Positions 31,233 through 46,108 of a DNA stretch of 64,000 nt are shown here, piece after piece. Origin of the DNA: Amoebidium appalachense. Lineage: Eukaryota > Protista > Ichthyosporea. The first letter of the stretch is position 1, and each line of letters starts with the position of its first letter. The position numbers were made by a program, and so were the translations under genes. The stretch is from assembly GCA_963693365.1 (NCBI GenBank), contig CAVNZM010000002.1, forward strand, positions 2,992,259-3,056,258, in the 5' to 3' direction. Under the pieces are notes generated by a model that was not told the origin of the DNA, did no database searches, and worked only from the letters and a program-made list of their open reading frames with translations.

Positions 31233-32670
31233 ATGGAAACCAACCAACCCAACGCGAGCACTCTGGTAATCCACCACGAGGATGGAAATTTTCGAGAAGT
31301 GCCAAGTCCAGAACGCACGAAAACAGATGAAGTAGAACCAGCTCCCGTACATCATTTGGCACACACAGCAGCACCCGAGGTCACGGATGGTTCATGTGCG
31401 TTTAACGATGCACACGGGAATGCGACATCGCTTGCCGGATCACGAAGTGTTGAAGGGAACACTTCTGCACCTCAGCACCACACACAACCCAACGAAGTTG
31501 AGGCTCATTTGACTGCTCTACAAACCAGTCATGCTAGCAACGTTGAGTGCACCACACCCTCGTCAGAAAGTGCAGGACCGGACTACCCACGTCTATCTGC
31601 TGTTGCTGCACATGGCGAAGTGTTATCAAACAGCCCACTTAGTTCACCAGAACCCCGAAGAACACTAGCAAGCAGACTAATAGGAGGGCAGGAGTCAGAC
31701 GCCAGCTCAGAATGGTCTGACTCGGACGGCGCTTCTAAATCTGGCGATGAAGGTATTTTTTGGAAAATATCTGTCTATATTAACCAGGAATAACTGGGCT
31801 TTACCCGTACCAAAGTTTTTTTGGCTTCGCAGGATGCCTAGAGCTGGCTGAAGATGTCGAAGTTGCGCAATCTTATTTGTTTTCCACAGGACAAAGAAGA
31901 GCTCTACCTTCGAGGCCGATAAGTGTGATGGATTCTTTCGATTTGACACATGAGTGTCTAAATCTCTCAAGAGCAAGTAAGTTCGCAAAACAATTCGCGT
32001 TTACTGCTGCAGTTTCTTGGGCATGGAGGTATCGGATAGGTCATACAGACACCTTTTTTATGCCTTTTTATTTATTATTTATTTTGGTTTTTCTGTTTCG
32101 GTTCTGATCCTTTGTGTTGTATTAACATACCCAGTGTGTTTAAGCACAAAGTGCCAAACCCCCCCCCCTCCCCCCTTGCTTCCCCCAGCCCCCCCCCCCC
32201 CCCCCCGGGGTTAATGTGCCCTACTTATTATACATCCTGCCTGTGCTGTTTCATTTCTTATGTTGCAGTGAGCACATTCACACTTACAAGCTCATTGTGT
32301 TGTGACGTTAATGTAGACACCCCCAAAATGACCTCTAACCAACCCCTTATTTGTGTTTGCAGGCAGCGAAGGAAACCAATCCACATCTTCGTTGCCACTT
32401 TCTCCCAGCGACAGTTCAGACGTTGAAGTGCATCAGCACATCACCGACGTTGAGTCCCCGTCCTGGTCGATGGACTCACCATGCCTTCGCCAAAACACTG
32501 CTTCCATCGTTTTGGGCGACGATTTTGAGGTATGAAAGGCATTTCGTGTGTTCACTGTTGCTATGTGTCTTGTGATTTGGGTTGAGAACGTGGTACGTCA
32601 CGGTGGGTTTGATCATGTATGTATATTATTAAGTCTCAACAAATTGTTTTCCTAGAAGGTTTGCATGCTT

Positions 32671-32709
<39 letters not shown>

Positions 32710-33045
32710 CTTCCTCCCCTCCCCCTCCTTCCCTACACGAACTTGCAGTCACCTATTCGAACAGTCAAAAACATTGCTGTTGATGCATAAATGGTGCAGT
32801 GTGATGTTCAACCTATGGCTCCTCAGTCTCACATTGCTTCGTTCTGCAACTGTCACACACCCCCTTGCTGCATCTTTTTTTCTAACGACCCATTCCCCTT
32901 TTCTCTGTACATCAGGCCACACACGTGCCCACGTCATACCCACTTGTCACCGATGATGAGCTGGACAGACCGGCTGCAGATGCATCAGTCCAAAACAACG
33001 CCAGTGCGAGGCAGGTGTTCTCTGTAAAACACGGATGGATTCTAA

Positions 33046-33080
<35 letters not shown>

Positions 33081-33354
33081 CCTTCCTCTCCTCGCTCCCC
33101 ATTCACGCAAACACGCACTGTAACATGCAAACACGCGTGCAACCACACATCCACACACACACATGCACACATGCACACATGCGCGCGTATGCGGGTACAC
33201 ACACACAACTCGCAGCCGGGCCTGGGCATGCACACATACCCACAACAACACACACACACAGATGCACATGCACCAGCGCGCGCGCACACACACACACACA
33301 CACACTCAAACACAGATAGATGCACACGCACACGCACACGCACACGCACACGCG

Positions 33355-33414
<60 letters not shown>

Positions 33415-33837
33415 TGCCTCATACATGTACGCGCATAATGGCAACACACCTTATTGAGACCCAAATCCACACCCACCCATGCCCAGAGCCACAATTAAAG
33501 CCATAACCTCTACCATGTGCACATACGTTTTCCCATTCGGTGGTCAACACAAATTTTGCACATGTGAACAAGCTGCAGTCATCCAGTAGCATGGAGCAGC
33601 ACTCATGGGGGCATGCACACACAGGCACACAAACAAAGCAGCACACACATGTACATAGGAACAGACAGGGCCACTCAGGAAATGATACGTAAATGCATAC
33701 ATTCGTATGCACAATCACACATGCGTGCGCATGTACATACACACGGCATCTCAACACGCACACAGACGCACAGACACACCTGCACCCGCACACATACACA
33801 CACGCGCGTGCGTGCATGCACGTGTGTGTGCGCGCGT

Positions 33838-33871
<34 letters not shown>

Positions 33872-33926
33872 GAACCACAAACACAGAAACACACAGACAC
33901 ACACACACGTGTGTGCGCCGCACACA

Positions 33927-33958
<32 letters not shown>

Positions 33959-34379
33959 TGCACGCACGCATACACACACACGTGCAGACACACATGCACA
34001 CAGCCGTACATGCTCTCATATGCGTACGCTCACGTTACAGAAAAACACACACACATGTCCATGCACCTGCACGCATATGCACAAGCACACAAGCACATAC
34101 ACACACATAGAAGAGACGCACATCACCACATAAAAACTCATACTGCAACAAACACGTGCGTAGTAAAGAGAACACGCAGACTAAAACAAGACCAACACTG
34201 CCGCATTTGACATGAAAACAAACCCACTGTTCACAGAAAATCTTTCTAGACACGTTTCTGTCCATGCAACCACCCTTTTTTGCCACAATTAGACACTGAA
34301 CACGAATGCTTTACTGGCATGCGGCCTCAAAAAATGGTCCCAGCATTTTCTCACATCAATTCCTCCCTCCGTTGCCCCC

Positions 34380-34427
<48 letters not shown>

Positions 34428-37351
34428 CCCCACCCCCGCCCCCGCCCCCGCCCCCACCCCCAGTGTTGTCCTGTCTACACAGCTACATTACTGTTTCTGT
34501 TTTTCTTTTTTTTGTTTTTTTTTCCGGCCCGTTATTAGCTTCCGTCTCTCTGACCCTGCCCCCCCCCCTCCCCCCCCCCCCCCCCCCACCTCTCCTCTCA
34601 AACCCCCCCCCCCCCCCCCCCCTCCACAAAGACCCGGGCCCCCTCGAGGATGGGTTCTTTACGTGGTGCTTTGCAAAACTTACCTTGTGTAGTCTGTCGT
34701 GAATTACTACTTTCCACCCTGTCACACATTCTAACCCCCCCCCCCCCCCCACACACACACACACCTACTCCTTTGTCATAATGAATCTGTGCTTCACGGT
34801 GGATGACACAGCAAACCCCCCCCCCCCCCCCCCCCCCCCCCCTCTCCCCCTCTCTCCGACGGTGCAGATCACTGGTTGTTGAGCCCGACCCACCTCCCTT
34901 GGAGCCCAAAACACCCGAGAGCATTCTCCTCACGCCAGAGGAGCAGGAGGCAAAACGTAAAGAAGGTACGTCCCTTTTGTCCATTCAGTGCCTGCCTATC
35001 TTTTTGAATCCCCCCCCCCCCCCCCTCCCTCCCCCCTTCCCCCTCTCCCCCTCTCCCCCTTTCCACATGCATGTATGGTGCACCCCATCCCCCCCCCCCC
35101 CCCCCCCCACGCCTCATCCCCACATGCTTGCATTTTTACCGCACCCTTCAAGAGGAGCACTAAGGCAACCCCCCTCACCTACCCATGTTCAAGTGAAACA
35201 GTATCTGAGTTGGGTTTCGTTAACGAGGTGAATAGGTCGAAACTCGGGTACTGTGGATGACGTGGGCCCCCCCTGAGGATGGGCTCTGCTTATTATGCAT
35301 ACTCTTTATGTATGGCTTGCATTCTGCATCGTGTTATCCGTTTGTTCTTGTGTACTTCGTACTTTTTGACTCATTCAAACCCCCCCATTGAATCTCATGA
35401 TGTTTTGCAACCCCCTGTGATGTTTTGTATTTCGTCCTTTGGTGTCTCCTCCATACTTCCAACCCTCTAATCCATACATCCCCCCTGCACCCCCCCCCCC
35501 CCCCTCACCCCGCCGCGGACGCCTCTGTGCTCAATATCTTCTGCAGAGCAAGAAATGGAGGAGAAATGGAATGCATCACATGGCTACAGCAAGGAGAACT
35601 GGGAGAAGGAGAAGAAACGAACCCTAAGAAAAATGTTTTCAAAGGGGGCACTGCAACAGCACAACGTGAAGCAGGTCACGAGACTGCAGGTGGGCTGGGT
35701 ACAAACATGGGTTGGGTTGGGGTAATGTTCATCGTTGTTCGCCTCCTATCATGCCTTTGCGTGTCTGTTTGTGTATGTGTGTGTGTGTGTGTGTGTTGGG
35801 GTGGGGGAGGAGGGGAAAAGAGAGGGGAGGAGGGAGGAGGAGGGGAGGGGGTTGGGGGGTTGGGTATGATTGTGTGTGTGTTTTCAAGCGAGTGTGCATG
35901 TAGAGCCCCTTGTTCAAATTCGTGTGTGGGTTGGCGAGTGAATGATGTGTGTGACGGGATGCATACATGAGTGTGTGGAGGGTGGGCAGCTGGGTGGGTC
36001 GGACGAAGTGGGTTTGGGGCTGTTGGGGAAGGAGGAAAGAGGGGGGGTAGGGGGAGGGGGAAGGGCGGAGGGGGAGACAGTCGTGCACACGTGTGTTTGA
36101 GTTTTCGTGTGTTTATGTGCCTGTATCAGCGACGGTGTGTTATCTCGCACACACGTGTGTGTCCATATGTGTGTGTGTTTGTGTAAACTGATATCTATTG
36201 TAAGCCTACGCCGTCAAAAGTACGTTGATAATGGGAGAGAAACGAGGGCGGATATTGAATTTACAGGCGTGGGTACAGCCGGAAGAGCTGGGCACAATAA
36301 ACAACAGAAATCCTGAACGCAAATGGGTGCTTTTAGGATACAGCCACACACATGCAAGCTGGAAAAAGAACACTATGTGCAGTTACTGATATTTCCTTTT
36401 TTGCCCTCCTGCAGAGTATTTCGAAGAAGAAAGCACAGTCAGTCAGCTCGACAGACAGCCGGCCTGTTTCTGTTTCTATGCGACCACGGCCAAAGATCGA
36501 CCCCTCTGTGGTGCGTTTTTTTCCCTTTGCTTAGTGTACCGTTGAAAAGAAAGATACTTCCTCTACTTATATACTTCAATCTAATTGTTGCATACACCCT
36601 GACTCCATTGGTCTTTTGATCGGCAGTGGTTGTGTTCAAACCCCAACCATACCCTCACTAACTCCCTACCGTTGAAAGACTGTTGTTCTTGAATGTATCT
36701 TGATTCAGGATGTGCAGGGGGGAGCAATGCAAGCTGTTAGTGCGTGTGAAAAGGCAGGCTGGTGGGGTGTTGTAATCACTATATGCAGTTTTTGGCATTC
36801 AGTCAAACATTCTTCTCTTTTCCCATGACTCACATGTGCACACAGACCGACTAAACACATCTGCACATACACCCACAGATATCGAAACGTGCATACACAT
36901 GCACCAAAACACACAGATATACACATGCACACCTACACGCACACCGTACACACATGCATAAGCGTATGCATGCAAAGCACGCAACACAAAAGAGCACATG
37001 CTCGTGCCCACACAAACATGGAGACACACATTCCACACACATGCACGCACCTGCGCAGGCGCGCGCACGTGCAAACATGCGGACACACACACACCGTGGC
37101 ACATACACACACACACACACAGGCAGGCACGCGCGCATGAACACCTACCAGCTACTGAGGCGGTGTCTCCTTTCTTTTTTTTTTTTTTTTTTTTTACTGC
37201 CGCCTGAGTAGATGTTAAAACGTCGCACGTGCGGCAACACGTCAGTACGTGTTAGCATTAACACCTATGTGTGAGCCCACACGGCCGAGCAATTTCACAA
37301 ACACATACACAGAGAGACACACACACTCAAGCGGGCACACGCGCACGCGCG

Positions 37352-37426
<75 letters not shown>

Positions 37427-39501
37427 ACACATACACAAGTAAATCCACCTACTCATATGCACACACACACCTGCACTCTCTGATCATTCCTCGGCCCTTG
37501 ACACACGCAGGCTGCAACAAGAATACAGAAAATCTACCGGGGACACACAGCACGGAAAGCCTATAAGAGAATCAGTAAGTGTCCTTTAGAACCAACATTA
37601 GACACGTGATAGGACACGTGTGTGCTTTCGTCTAACTATGCCCTTGCATTGTGCGACCACCATCAATAGGATACTTTCAACTTGATTATGGCAGTAGCAA
37701 GAAAACGGTGTGCATGTAAGCGTGTGTACGTGTGCATGTAAAGAGTGGGTGGTGTCGGTTTCTGTGTTGTGGTGGTAGTGGTGGTACATGGGGTGGGTGT
37801 TTGGGAAGGGTGGGGGGAGGGGGGGGGGGGGGGGGGGGGGAGAGGGGGTTTGTAGAAAAGGAGGAAGAGAGCTGGATTAGAGGAGTGAGGGGGGGGGGGG
37901 GGGGGGAGGGGGGCAGGAGGGGGGTACCGGGAGGGGTAGGCTCGCAAATGGCCTCCTGTAGAACCATTTGCTGAACACATGCCTACAGTCCGGCGAGGGT
38001 TTGTTGTTCGGGAGCTGTTGGACACGGAGCAATCCTACGTAAAGCTGCTCCGCATCCTGTACCAGGTTCGATACCGCCTCCTCTCCCCCCCTCTCCCCCC
38101 TCACTCCCCATCCCCTCCCCCTATTTGATAAACCCTCCGCGCCCCTTTGCCTCCACCCCCATTACCATCCTCTTTTCTTTCCGACCATAAGTGCACGTAT
38201 AAACACAGCACGTATGCTTTGCCCCCCCCCCCCCCCCCCCCCTCCCCAAACACCCACCCACCCACCCACCCAACCATCCACATCCACACATATAAGCAGG
38301 CGGACGCACGTGAATGCAAGCATATCGCCGTGCCTATGTGGACATATGCATGTGCACAGTCTGATGCGCACATTGAAACCCACGGAAGTCGACTCATGAG
38401 CACACACACACACGCTCACGTGCACACACACAAGCACACATTCGCACGCGCACGCACGCACTCACGCAAGCACGAACACACTCATGCACACAAGCAAGCA
38501 TGCACACACACAACACACGCACACACACACACACACACACACACGCAGACACACACGTACACACACACCCACACCCACACCCACCCACCCACCCACACAA
38601 ACATAAACACACCCTTACGCCCTTACACCGTCACACCCTCAAATCCTCCCCTCCCCCCCCCTCCCCCCCCCCCCCCCACCCCCCCCCCCCCCCCCCCCCC
38701 CCTTCTGCCTGCACGCCTAAGTTCTTTGATTTTGGATTTCCCACTTTTGTGACGTTTGTTGATGCTCTTTGTTGTCTCCTCCATATTTCCAACCCTCTAA
38801 CGCATACATCCCCCCCCCCCCCCCCAACCTCCCCCACGCCCCCCCACCACTACCCCACCCTCACCCCTGCCGGCGCTCCTTCCTCCCGCTCCCATCCCGC
38901 CCCCAGCCTCCCTGTAACTCTAGTTCCTGCAGATGTGAATACACCATAATTGTCTGTGTCGTTTTGACGGGCAAAACCAAGCCTATATTTAGGTAAATGA
39001 CATCGAATGAAATGTGAACACAGTTTTTCCAATGAGCATAGAAATGCCAAAACATTTTGCTATTAGCGCCAACCAGTGCCAGGCACCGCAAATCATCCCC
39101 CATCAGTGCTGACTCGTGCTAATCGAGGCTAATCGGTACCAATCAGCCCTTATCGGTGCTAATCGGTGTCCATTAATAATAAGAATTTCTATTTATGTGG
39201 TGCTTACACATGGTCTGTTCAACAGTGGTACATTAAGCCTCTGACGACGGGGGCCATGCAAACACACGAATACATCGTGCCGGTCATCTCCATGGGTGAG
39301 ATCGAGGCCATATTTTCAAGGGCAACGGAAATATACGACGTGCATAGAGGTGTGTAGCAATTAAAGTGTCTTTGTACTTGCCCACCCAGAGTGGGAAAAT
39401 GGGCTGTTCAAAGCAATGGAAAGTGAGTGGCGCTGGTGATTGGTGGTTGTTTGGTGGTGTTGGTGATTGCCGGAGGGGGAGCTGCCGAGCCGGGGAGGGG
39501 A

Positions 39502-39535
<34 letters not shown>

Positions 39536-39800
39536 AGGGGAGGAGGGGAGGGGAGAGAAGGGGGGGGGGGGAGAAAGGGGTGTGGAGGGGGGACTACAAA
39601 ACCATGCATGATATTGAGGGAAGATGGGCTGTGTGGGTGGGTGCGGGGTAGAGGGGCTATGAGAGGCAATATCTTGGATTACAAAGGGTGTGGGGAGAAA
39701 GCATAAGAATCCTTTCATTGACAAATAGTAAGAGCTGCTCGTTTTTGTGTTTGATTGTGCGTGTGTATGTGTGTGTCCGTGTGCCTGTGCACCTGTGTAC

Positions 39801-39852
<52 letters not shown>

Positions 39853-40095
39853 GGGATGATATGATGATCATGCAGAAACTGAACCTTGTCGATCTCTCAA
39901 AGAAAAATGCCGGAATAAGTTTATTGCCTTTTTACCCACCAAGGATTATGGCCCTGCTTGAAACTAATCTCATCTGCTATTGCACAGAGTTGCTGGAGAA
40001 GATGCAGGACCGGTTTGACCACTGGCACAGAGAGCAGCTGCTTGGCGACCTGTTTCTGAACATGGTGCGTGCACGTGACCGGATAAGCCGCTTAA

Positions 40096-40129
<34 letters not shown>

Positions 40130-40782
40130 CCCCCTTCCTCCAACTCCTCTTGCTCCTTCGCCCCCCTCCCCCCCCCCCCTCCCCCCCCCCCCCCCCTGGC
40201 CCCCCGCTTCTGTTTGTTGTTTAGTGATTGGAATTGGGGAGGGGGAAATTGGTTAGGTGTGTTGGTGGGTGGGTGGGTTGGGGGGAGGGGGGGAGGTAAT
40301 CTTCTGCAGTCTTCCGCAACATCTAGTCTGAATGATGGGGGAAAGAGGTATTTGCAGAGGAAGTGGACGGCTTAAGGCATACATCACATGCAGACCATTA
40401 CAGCCTATAACTGGAAAGGGTGGTGATGATGGCGGCGGCGGCGGCGGCGGCGATGGTGGTGGTGTCTGTGTGTATCTGTGTGTGGGGTGGGGAGGGAAGG
40501 GGGGGGGGGGGGGGGGGGGGAAGGTGAACATTACAGCTGGGCTCGGCAAAACTATTTTCATCGTTAACCATCAAGACATCACCTTTCTGACCTGTATGCA
40601 CGTGCCCCCTGTGCAGACATCCACACACATGGACGTGTACACTTCATACGTCAACAACTACGACTACAGCACAGAGACACTCAATGCCCTCAGGACTCAG
40701 GGCCACTTCAAGAAGTTCTTGGATGTGTGTTGATACATTCCCCCCCCCCCCACCCCCCGGGGGCCCCCTTGCCCCCTTCCCC

Positions 40783-40826
<44 letters not shown>

Positions 40827-40969
40827 CTCGGCCCCCCCCCTGAGGATGGTCTCTGCTTTTATGTATACTCTTTTTGTGTGTGGTTTGCACTCTGCATCGT
40901 GTTGTCCGTTTTTTATGTATGATACTACGTACTTTATGACACATCCCCCCCCCCCCCCCCCCCCCCCCC

Positions 40970-41047
<78 letters not shown>

Positions 41048-41461
41048 CCCCACCTTCCCCCCGGCTGTTTCCCCTATTTATCCGTCTGTTTATGCCACTC
41101 GATAACGAGATTCTTGTGCATGGGGTGTTTAGGTACTGCAGTGCACGAGTGTACCATAATATGTATAACAGTTGTGCGTGAGGAGGTGGGTTTCTGTCTC
41201 GTGACGTATAACTATCATCTAACCTAAACCAGCTATTGTTCCATTCACACATTCTCAATTTGATGCACGGTGTGGTACCATATATCTTTCTAGTGGCCTA
41301 ATCTCATAACCGCATTTACAGGATCGGCGAGAGTTTCATGGCATCCGTGACGATCTGAGCGATCTTCTTATTGCTCCCGTCCAGAGAATACCACGCTACA
41401 GTTTGCTGTTGGAGGTATTCACATTGTTAATTCTGTGGCCCTTTGCCCTTGTTCTTCTGCG

Positions 41462-41523
<62 letters not shown>

Positions 41524-42395
41524 ACAAACACCGCCACCGCCGTGTCCTCCCTAATTCTCACCACCTCAAGGTATACTTCATTCAAAACCTTCAAACATTT
41601 GTCACTTATTGTATGTTGATGAAAAGAGATTAAGGATACGTTATATGACCGAGAAACGCCGACCACCCAACCAATTTATCACATGGCCAACATATCTAAC
41701 CCTGTAATTCTGCAGCAAACCAATATGCCGACCACCCAATATATCCCATGATCCACATATCTAACCTTGTAACTCCACAGCAAATCCTCAAGTTCACACC
41801 GCGCACACACCCCGACTACGACAACCTTAACAAAGCACTGGTGACGATCAAGGGGGTAGCTGAGGGCATCAACGAGAGGAAACGGTCCAAGCAGCTGGTC
41901 GAGGAACTGGCGACTAAGATTACAGGCACAAACGAGGTGCGTGCTAAAAAACACATGTGTGATGGTCTAGTGAGATGTTTTTTGTAAAGAGAATGAAACG
42001 GGTTAAAAAGGGATGGGAAAATATCCAGTTTAGTGCAGTCCCTGCCTCCTTCCCCCCCCCCCCCCCCCCCCCCTCCCCCCGGGCGCCCATAAACGTATCA
42101 TCCACAAGAACCAAAACAATCCCCACCTCCCCGCTCTCCACCACCTCTCCACTGTTGTGTTTTTCCTTGATTGTTTTCGATTAAAAGTTTATACCCACCC
42201 TCACACACCCACTGACACTCACATACCCCACCTCCTCCCCCCCCCACCAACACCACAACACCCACACCCACACCCAAACCCACCCCACACATACCCCCCC
42301 CCCTTCCCCTCCCTCCTCCTCAAACGCCCCTCCCCCAACACACACACACACACAAAAGCGCAAATGTACACGCACACGTAGGCCCACGCAAGCCC

Positions 42396-42439
<44 letters not shown>

Positions 42440-42799
42440 AAAAGAAAAATAAAAAAAAAGAAGAAGAAGAAGAAAAGGAAAGGAAACACCCACACCCACA
42501 CCCACCCTCCCACCCACCCACCCACACCCACCCACCCACCCACCCACCCACACACTCTCACCCACATGCACAGCCCATAGCCATAGTCAGCCGCTACATG
42601 GTGCTTGCCTCGGACATGCTCGAGGTGTCCCGTGCAAAGCTGCGCCGGCTGTTCCTGATGAATGACGTCATCCTGTGCACCACACCGTTCACCCCATGGT
42701 CCTTCCTCGGCAGGGACAAGAACGCTAATGCAAAGGTAACATTCTAGTACCTCTCCCCCCTCCCCTCCCCCTCCTGCTTTCCTTATTCCTTCCTCATCC

Positions 42800-42834
<35 letters not shown>

Positions 42835-43197
42835 CGCCCCCCCCCTCATCCCTCTTCCCCCCTCGCTCCATCCCTCCCCCCTCCGCTCTATTAACCACCA
42901 TGTACCCGTCAAAATGTTGTGGTTTGTGGTTATATCTGGTGCGAAAGACACGTGTTGGTGGTTCTGTTGCTCAAGATCCCCCCCCCCCCCCCCCCCCCCT
43001 GCAGATCAACTACCAGTACAAGTTCATGGTGCCCATCACCGAATGTGACGTCAGTGTGGCCGAGGTCACCAAGCAGTCCATACGCGTACAGACAATGTCC
43101 CAGGCTAACGGTACGTGTGTGTGTGTGTGGGTGTGTGTGTTGGTGTGCATGTCTGTGTGGATGTGGGTGCGTGTGGGTGAGGGTGGGTGGGTGGGTG

Positions 43198-43257
<60 letters not shown>

Positions 43258-44133
43258 AGCACACACACATATGCACACACACACATGCACACACACACAC
43301 ATGCACACATGTACACGCACACGCGCGTGCACGCAAATCATACACATCACACACCCACACAGCACCCATCCCCCCACCCACCCAACCACACATACAACAA
43401 CACACCTAAACGTAGACACACACACACCCAACTTCTCCAATAAGACTCCCGTGGATTCCTTAATTTTTGTTTGCTGCAGCTATATAAATCTGTGTGATGT
43501 TTCGCAGAATAGAAGGGTGTTTAGTGTCGTTCGTGTACGTGTGTGTCTGGGGAAGGCGGCGGGAAGGGGGGGGGGGGGGGGGGGGGAGCGTACGGGACCA
43601 TAATAAGGTAAAGCTGCTGCTGTCTATCTGATGTATTGGATGGAGGGGTGATAAAGCAAGTGAAAAAAGAGCACCAAAAAAGGGTCGTGTTTAGGGGCGG
43701 AAAGGGGGTGGGGGGAAGTGAGTTGGGAGGGGAAGTTAAGTATAAGCTGGTGTGGTGATGATGGTAAAAGTCAGAAGTTTACACAAGTATTGCATTTTTA
43801 TGTATTGACCCTCTTCTTTTTGCCTTTCCTCCACAGCCAACTACGGGTTTCCTGTTGTGATCAAGGCACTTGTCCAGGACAAGCCGGAGACGTTTGTGTT
43901 TCTGATGAAGTCCGAGAAGGAGAGGTCCCTGTGGATCGACAAGGTCGCTGCTCTGAAATCCGCAGGTAGGGGTTTTTCGAGTTTATTTGTCCCCCCCCCC
44001 CCCCAAAAAAAAAAAAAACAAAAAAAAAAACGACCACCACCACTGTTGCATACTTTGCGGCACGTTCTTGTCATGCCCACCCGCAAGGTGTTCTCAGTTG
44101 TATATGCTTTTTTTTTTCGTGCGGCGTAACACA

Positions 44134-44164
<31 letters not shown>

Positions 44165-45256
44165 CCCCGCAGCCATCCCCTCCTCTTCTCCCCCTCGTCG
44201 TCCTCAAATTTCTGTCACCCATTGATATCAATCCCTAACATCAGATACGGTTGAAAACCTCCCCTCCATCCCGTCTCCTTCCCGTGTTGTCCGTGCATGC
44301 ATTCTCATTCAACATACGGTTATTCCAATTCCTAGTCCCACAACCCTGGTTCATGGTGTCGTATGTGTGTCACGTCACACTGTATTCTAACGAACACAAA
44401 TCACCCCCTGCAGTGTCTGACAGCCCCGTGGTCAACCGCAAAGGAACCTTCAAGCGAAACAAAGAACTGTTGTTCCAAGGAGTGGTACAACCCCCCCCCC
44501 CCCCCCTCCCCCCCCCCCCCCCCTTCCCCCCCCCCCCCCCTCCAAATCCCCAAAAATATTTGCGCTAGGTAGGCTTCAATCATTAGTTACTCACCCTTCC
44601 GGTTAGTTCAACGTCGAATTAGGAGCAGAAGTGGAAAAAAGGAGATATAAATAGGTTGTGGTCCGGGACTGTGTTAGTGGTGTTGTGTATGAGCATATGT
44701 ATTTGTGCGGAGCATGGTGGTGGTGGTGGTGTGTGTGTGTGTGTCTGTGTGCCTGTGCGTGCGTGCGTCTGTGTTTGTGTGTGTGTATGTTTGAGCGGGG
44801 GGAGAGGGGGGGGGGGGGGGTTGTAGAGAAAGGGGGGAATTATGGGAAACGAGTAGAAGAGAGGAGGGGGGGGGGGGGGGGGAGGGAGGGAGGGGGTATG
44901 GAAATGATAGATCACGTTTTTTCTCCAAGAGACATTTTAACCCTCCCGAGACTGAGGACATGATAGGGTGGTTTTTGTGAATCGGTAGCAGCTCTAATTC
45001 CAACCACAACCGAATTGTTTGCCCTATGCTTCAAGCATTTACTCACCTGGTCCCTTCTCCGTTTCAGCTCAAACGGGGCACGGGCACTCTCAGCCGGCCA
45101 GGGTCTCCCCTTGGCAGCATGCACAAACCCTCCATGACTGCAACGATGAACTCTGCATCCTCCCCTGACCTCTTGCTGGTACGAAACATTCATTGAATCC
45201 CATCCCCCCCTCCGACTCCCCTCCCCTTCCTACCTCGATTCCGAGTCCTCTCTTTC

Positions 45257-45328
<72 letters not shown>

Positions 45329-45420
45329 CACATCCAACTTTGCCAGCCGGCTCTGCCCCCCCCCCCCCCCCCCCCCCCCCCCAATAACACAGAGACAGAT
45401 AAATCATCAAAAAAATGTGT

Positions 45421-45466
<46 letters not shown>

Positions 45467-45674
45467 ATGGGGAGTAAGCATTATACCCCAATCACGATGG
45501 GGAGTGGGGGAGGTCTGAGACCAATCTGTTTCATCACGGTTCTAATTCACCTTTTGTGCATGCAGGAGCGACGCATATCCGGGGTACCTGTGGACAGGGC
45601 CTACGAGATCCAAAAGAACATCGATGTGGAGACAAACATCCTCAATGGCCTTCTGAGCATCAAGAAGGTAAAAA

Positions 45675-45712
<38 letters not shown>

Positions 45713-46108
45713 ACCCCACCCACCCCACCCCCCACAACCACCACCACACACGCGCACGCCCGTGCGCATGCACTCGCGCATGCATAGGCCCATTCCCGTA
45801 TAGCCACCTGCTGCATTCGCCCTCCCTACACAACTAAAAAACACAATTGTACAAGAAAGATACTATAAACAGATTGGAAGGAGCCCACCCTGACCCTGTT
45901 TTGTGAAATACAGGTGCACGAGTTCAAGATGGAAAAGGGGCAGAAAGACCGCAGCATCAAGAAGAAGGTAGCAGACATTGACAAGAAGATTGCACTCAGC
46001 AGCCACAAACTCGAGGAGCTACGGAAGGAATTGAACCACGTGGCACACACCCAGCGCTCACCGGCAAGCCAGCACGCAGCGTCCTTGAGCAGCCTGCTTG
46101 AAGACTAA
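31233..46108 (+). CDS. Dbl-family Rho guanine nucleotide exchange factor (IQ motif, DH, PH, C-terminal HR1-like coiled coil), 24 exons
   Basis: Phase-consistent exons 31233-31752, 31890-31976, 32363-32529, 32916-33014, 33579-33610, 34868-34965, 35547-35689, 36415-36510, 36709-36735, 37127-37162, 37511-37574, 37962-38065, 39226-39349, 39988-40064, 40617-40724, 41322-41414, 41781-41936, 42574-42735, 43005-43110, 43837-43965, 44414-44484, 45068-45178, 45566-45667, 45914-46108. DH motifs '[12 protein letters not shown]', 'YTSYVNNY', '[30 protein letters not shown]'; PH '[12 protein letters not shown]', '[12 protein letters not shown]'; IQ '[16 protein letters not shown]'. Confidence 0.88.
35181..35380. 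mobile_element. Subfamily B copy, reverse orientation, in a RhoGEF intron
   Basis: Reverse complement of 1790-1906 plus 7292-7351; ends CATTCAAA then a C run. Confidence 0.75.
40835..40944. mobile_element. Subfamily B truncated copy, reverse orientation, between C runs
   Basis: Reverse complement of ~1710-1816. Confidence 0.7.

Noticed and set aside
39100-39170. Degenerate 10-bp tandem repeat (TGCTAATCGG)
   Set aside because: Short intronic minisatellite without spacers; not CRISPR-like and no further evidence of function.
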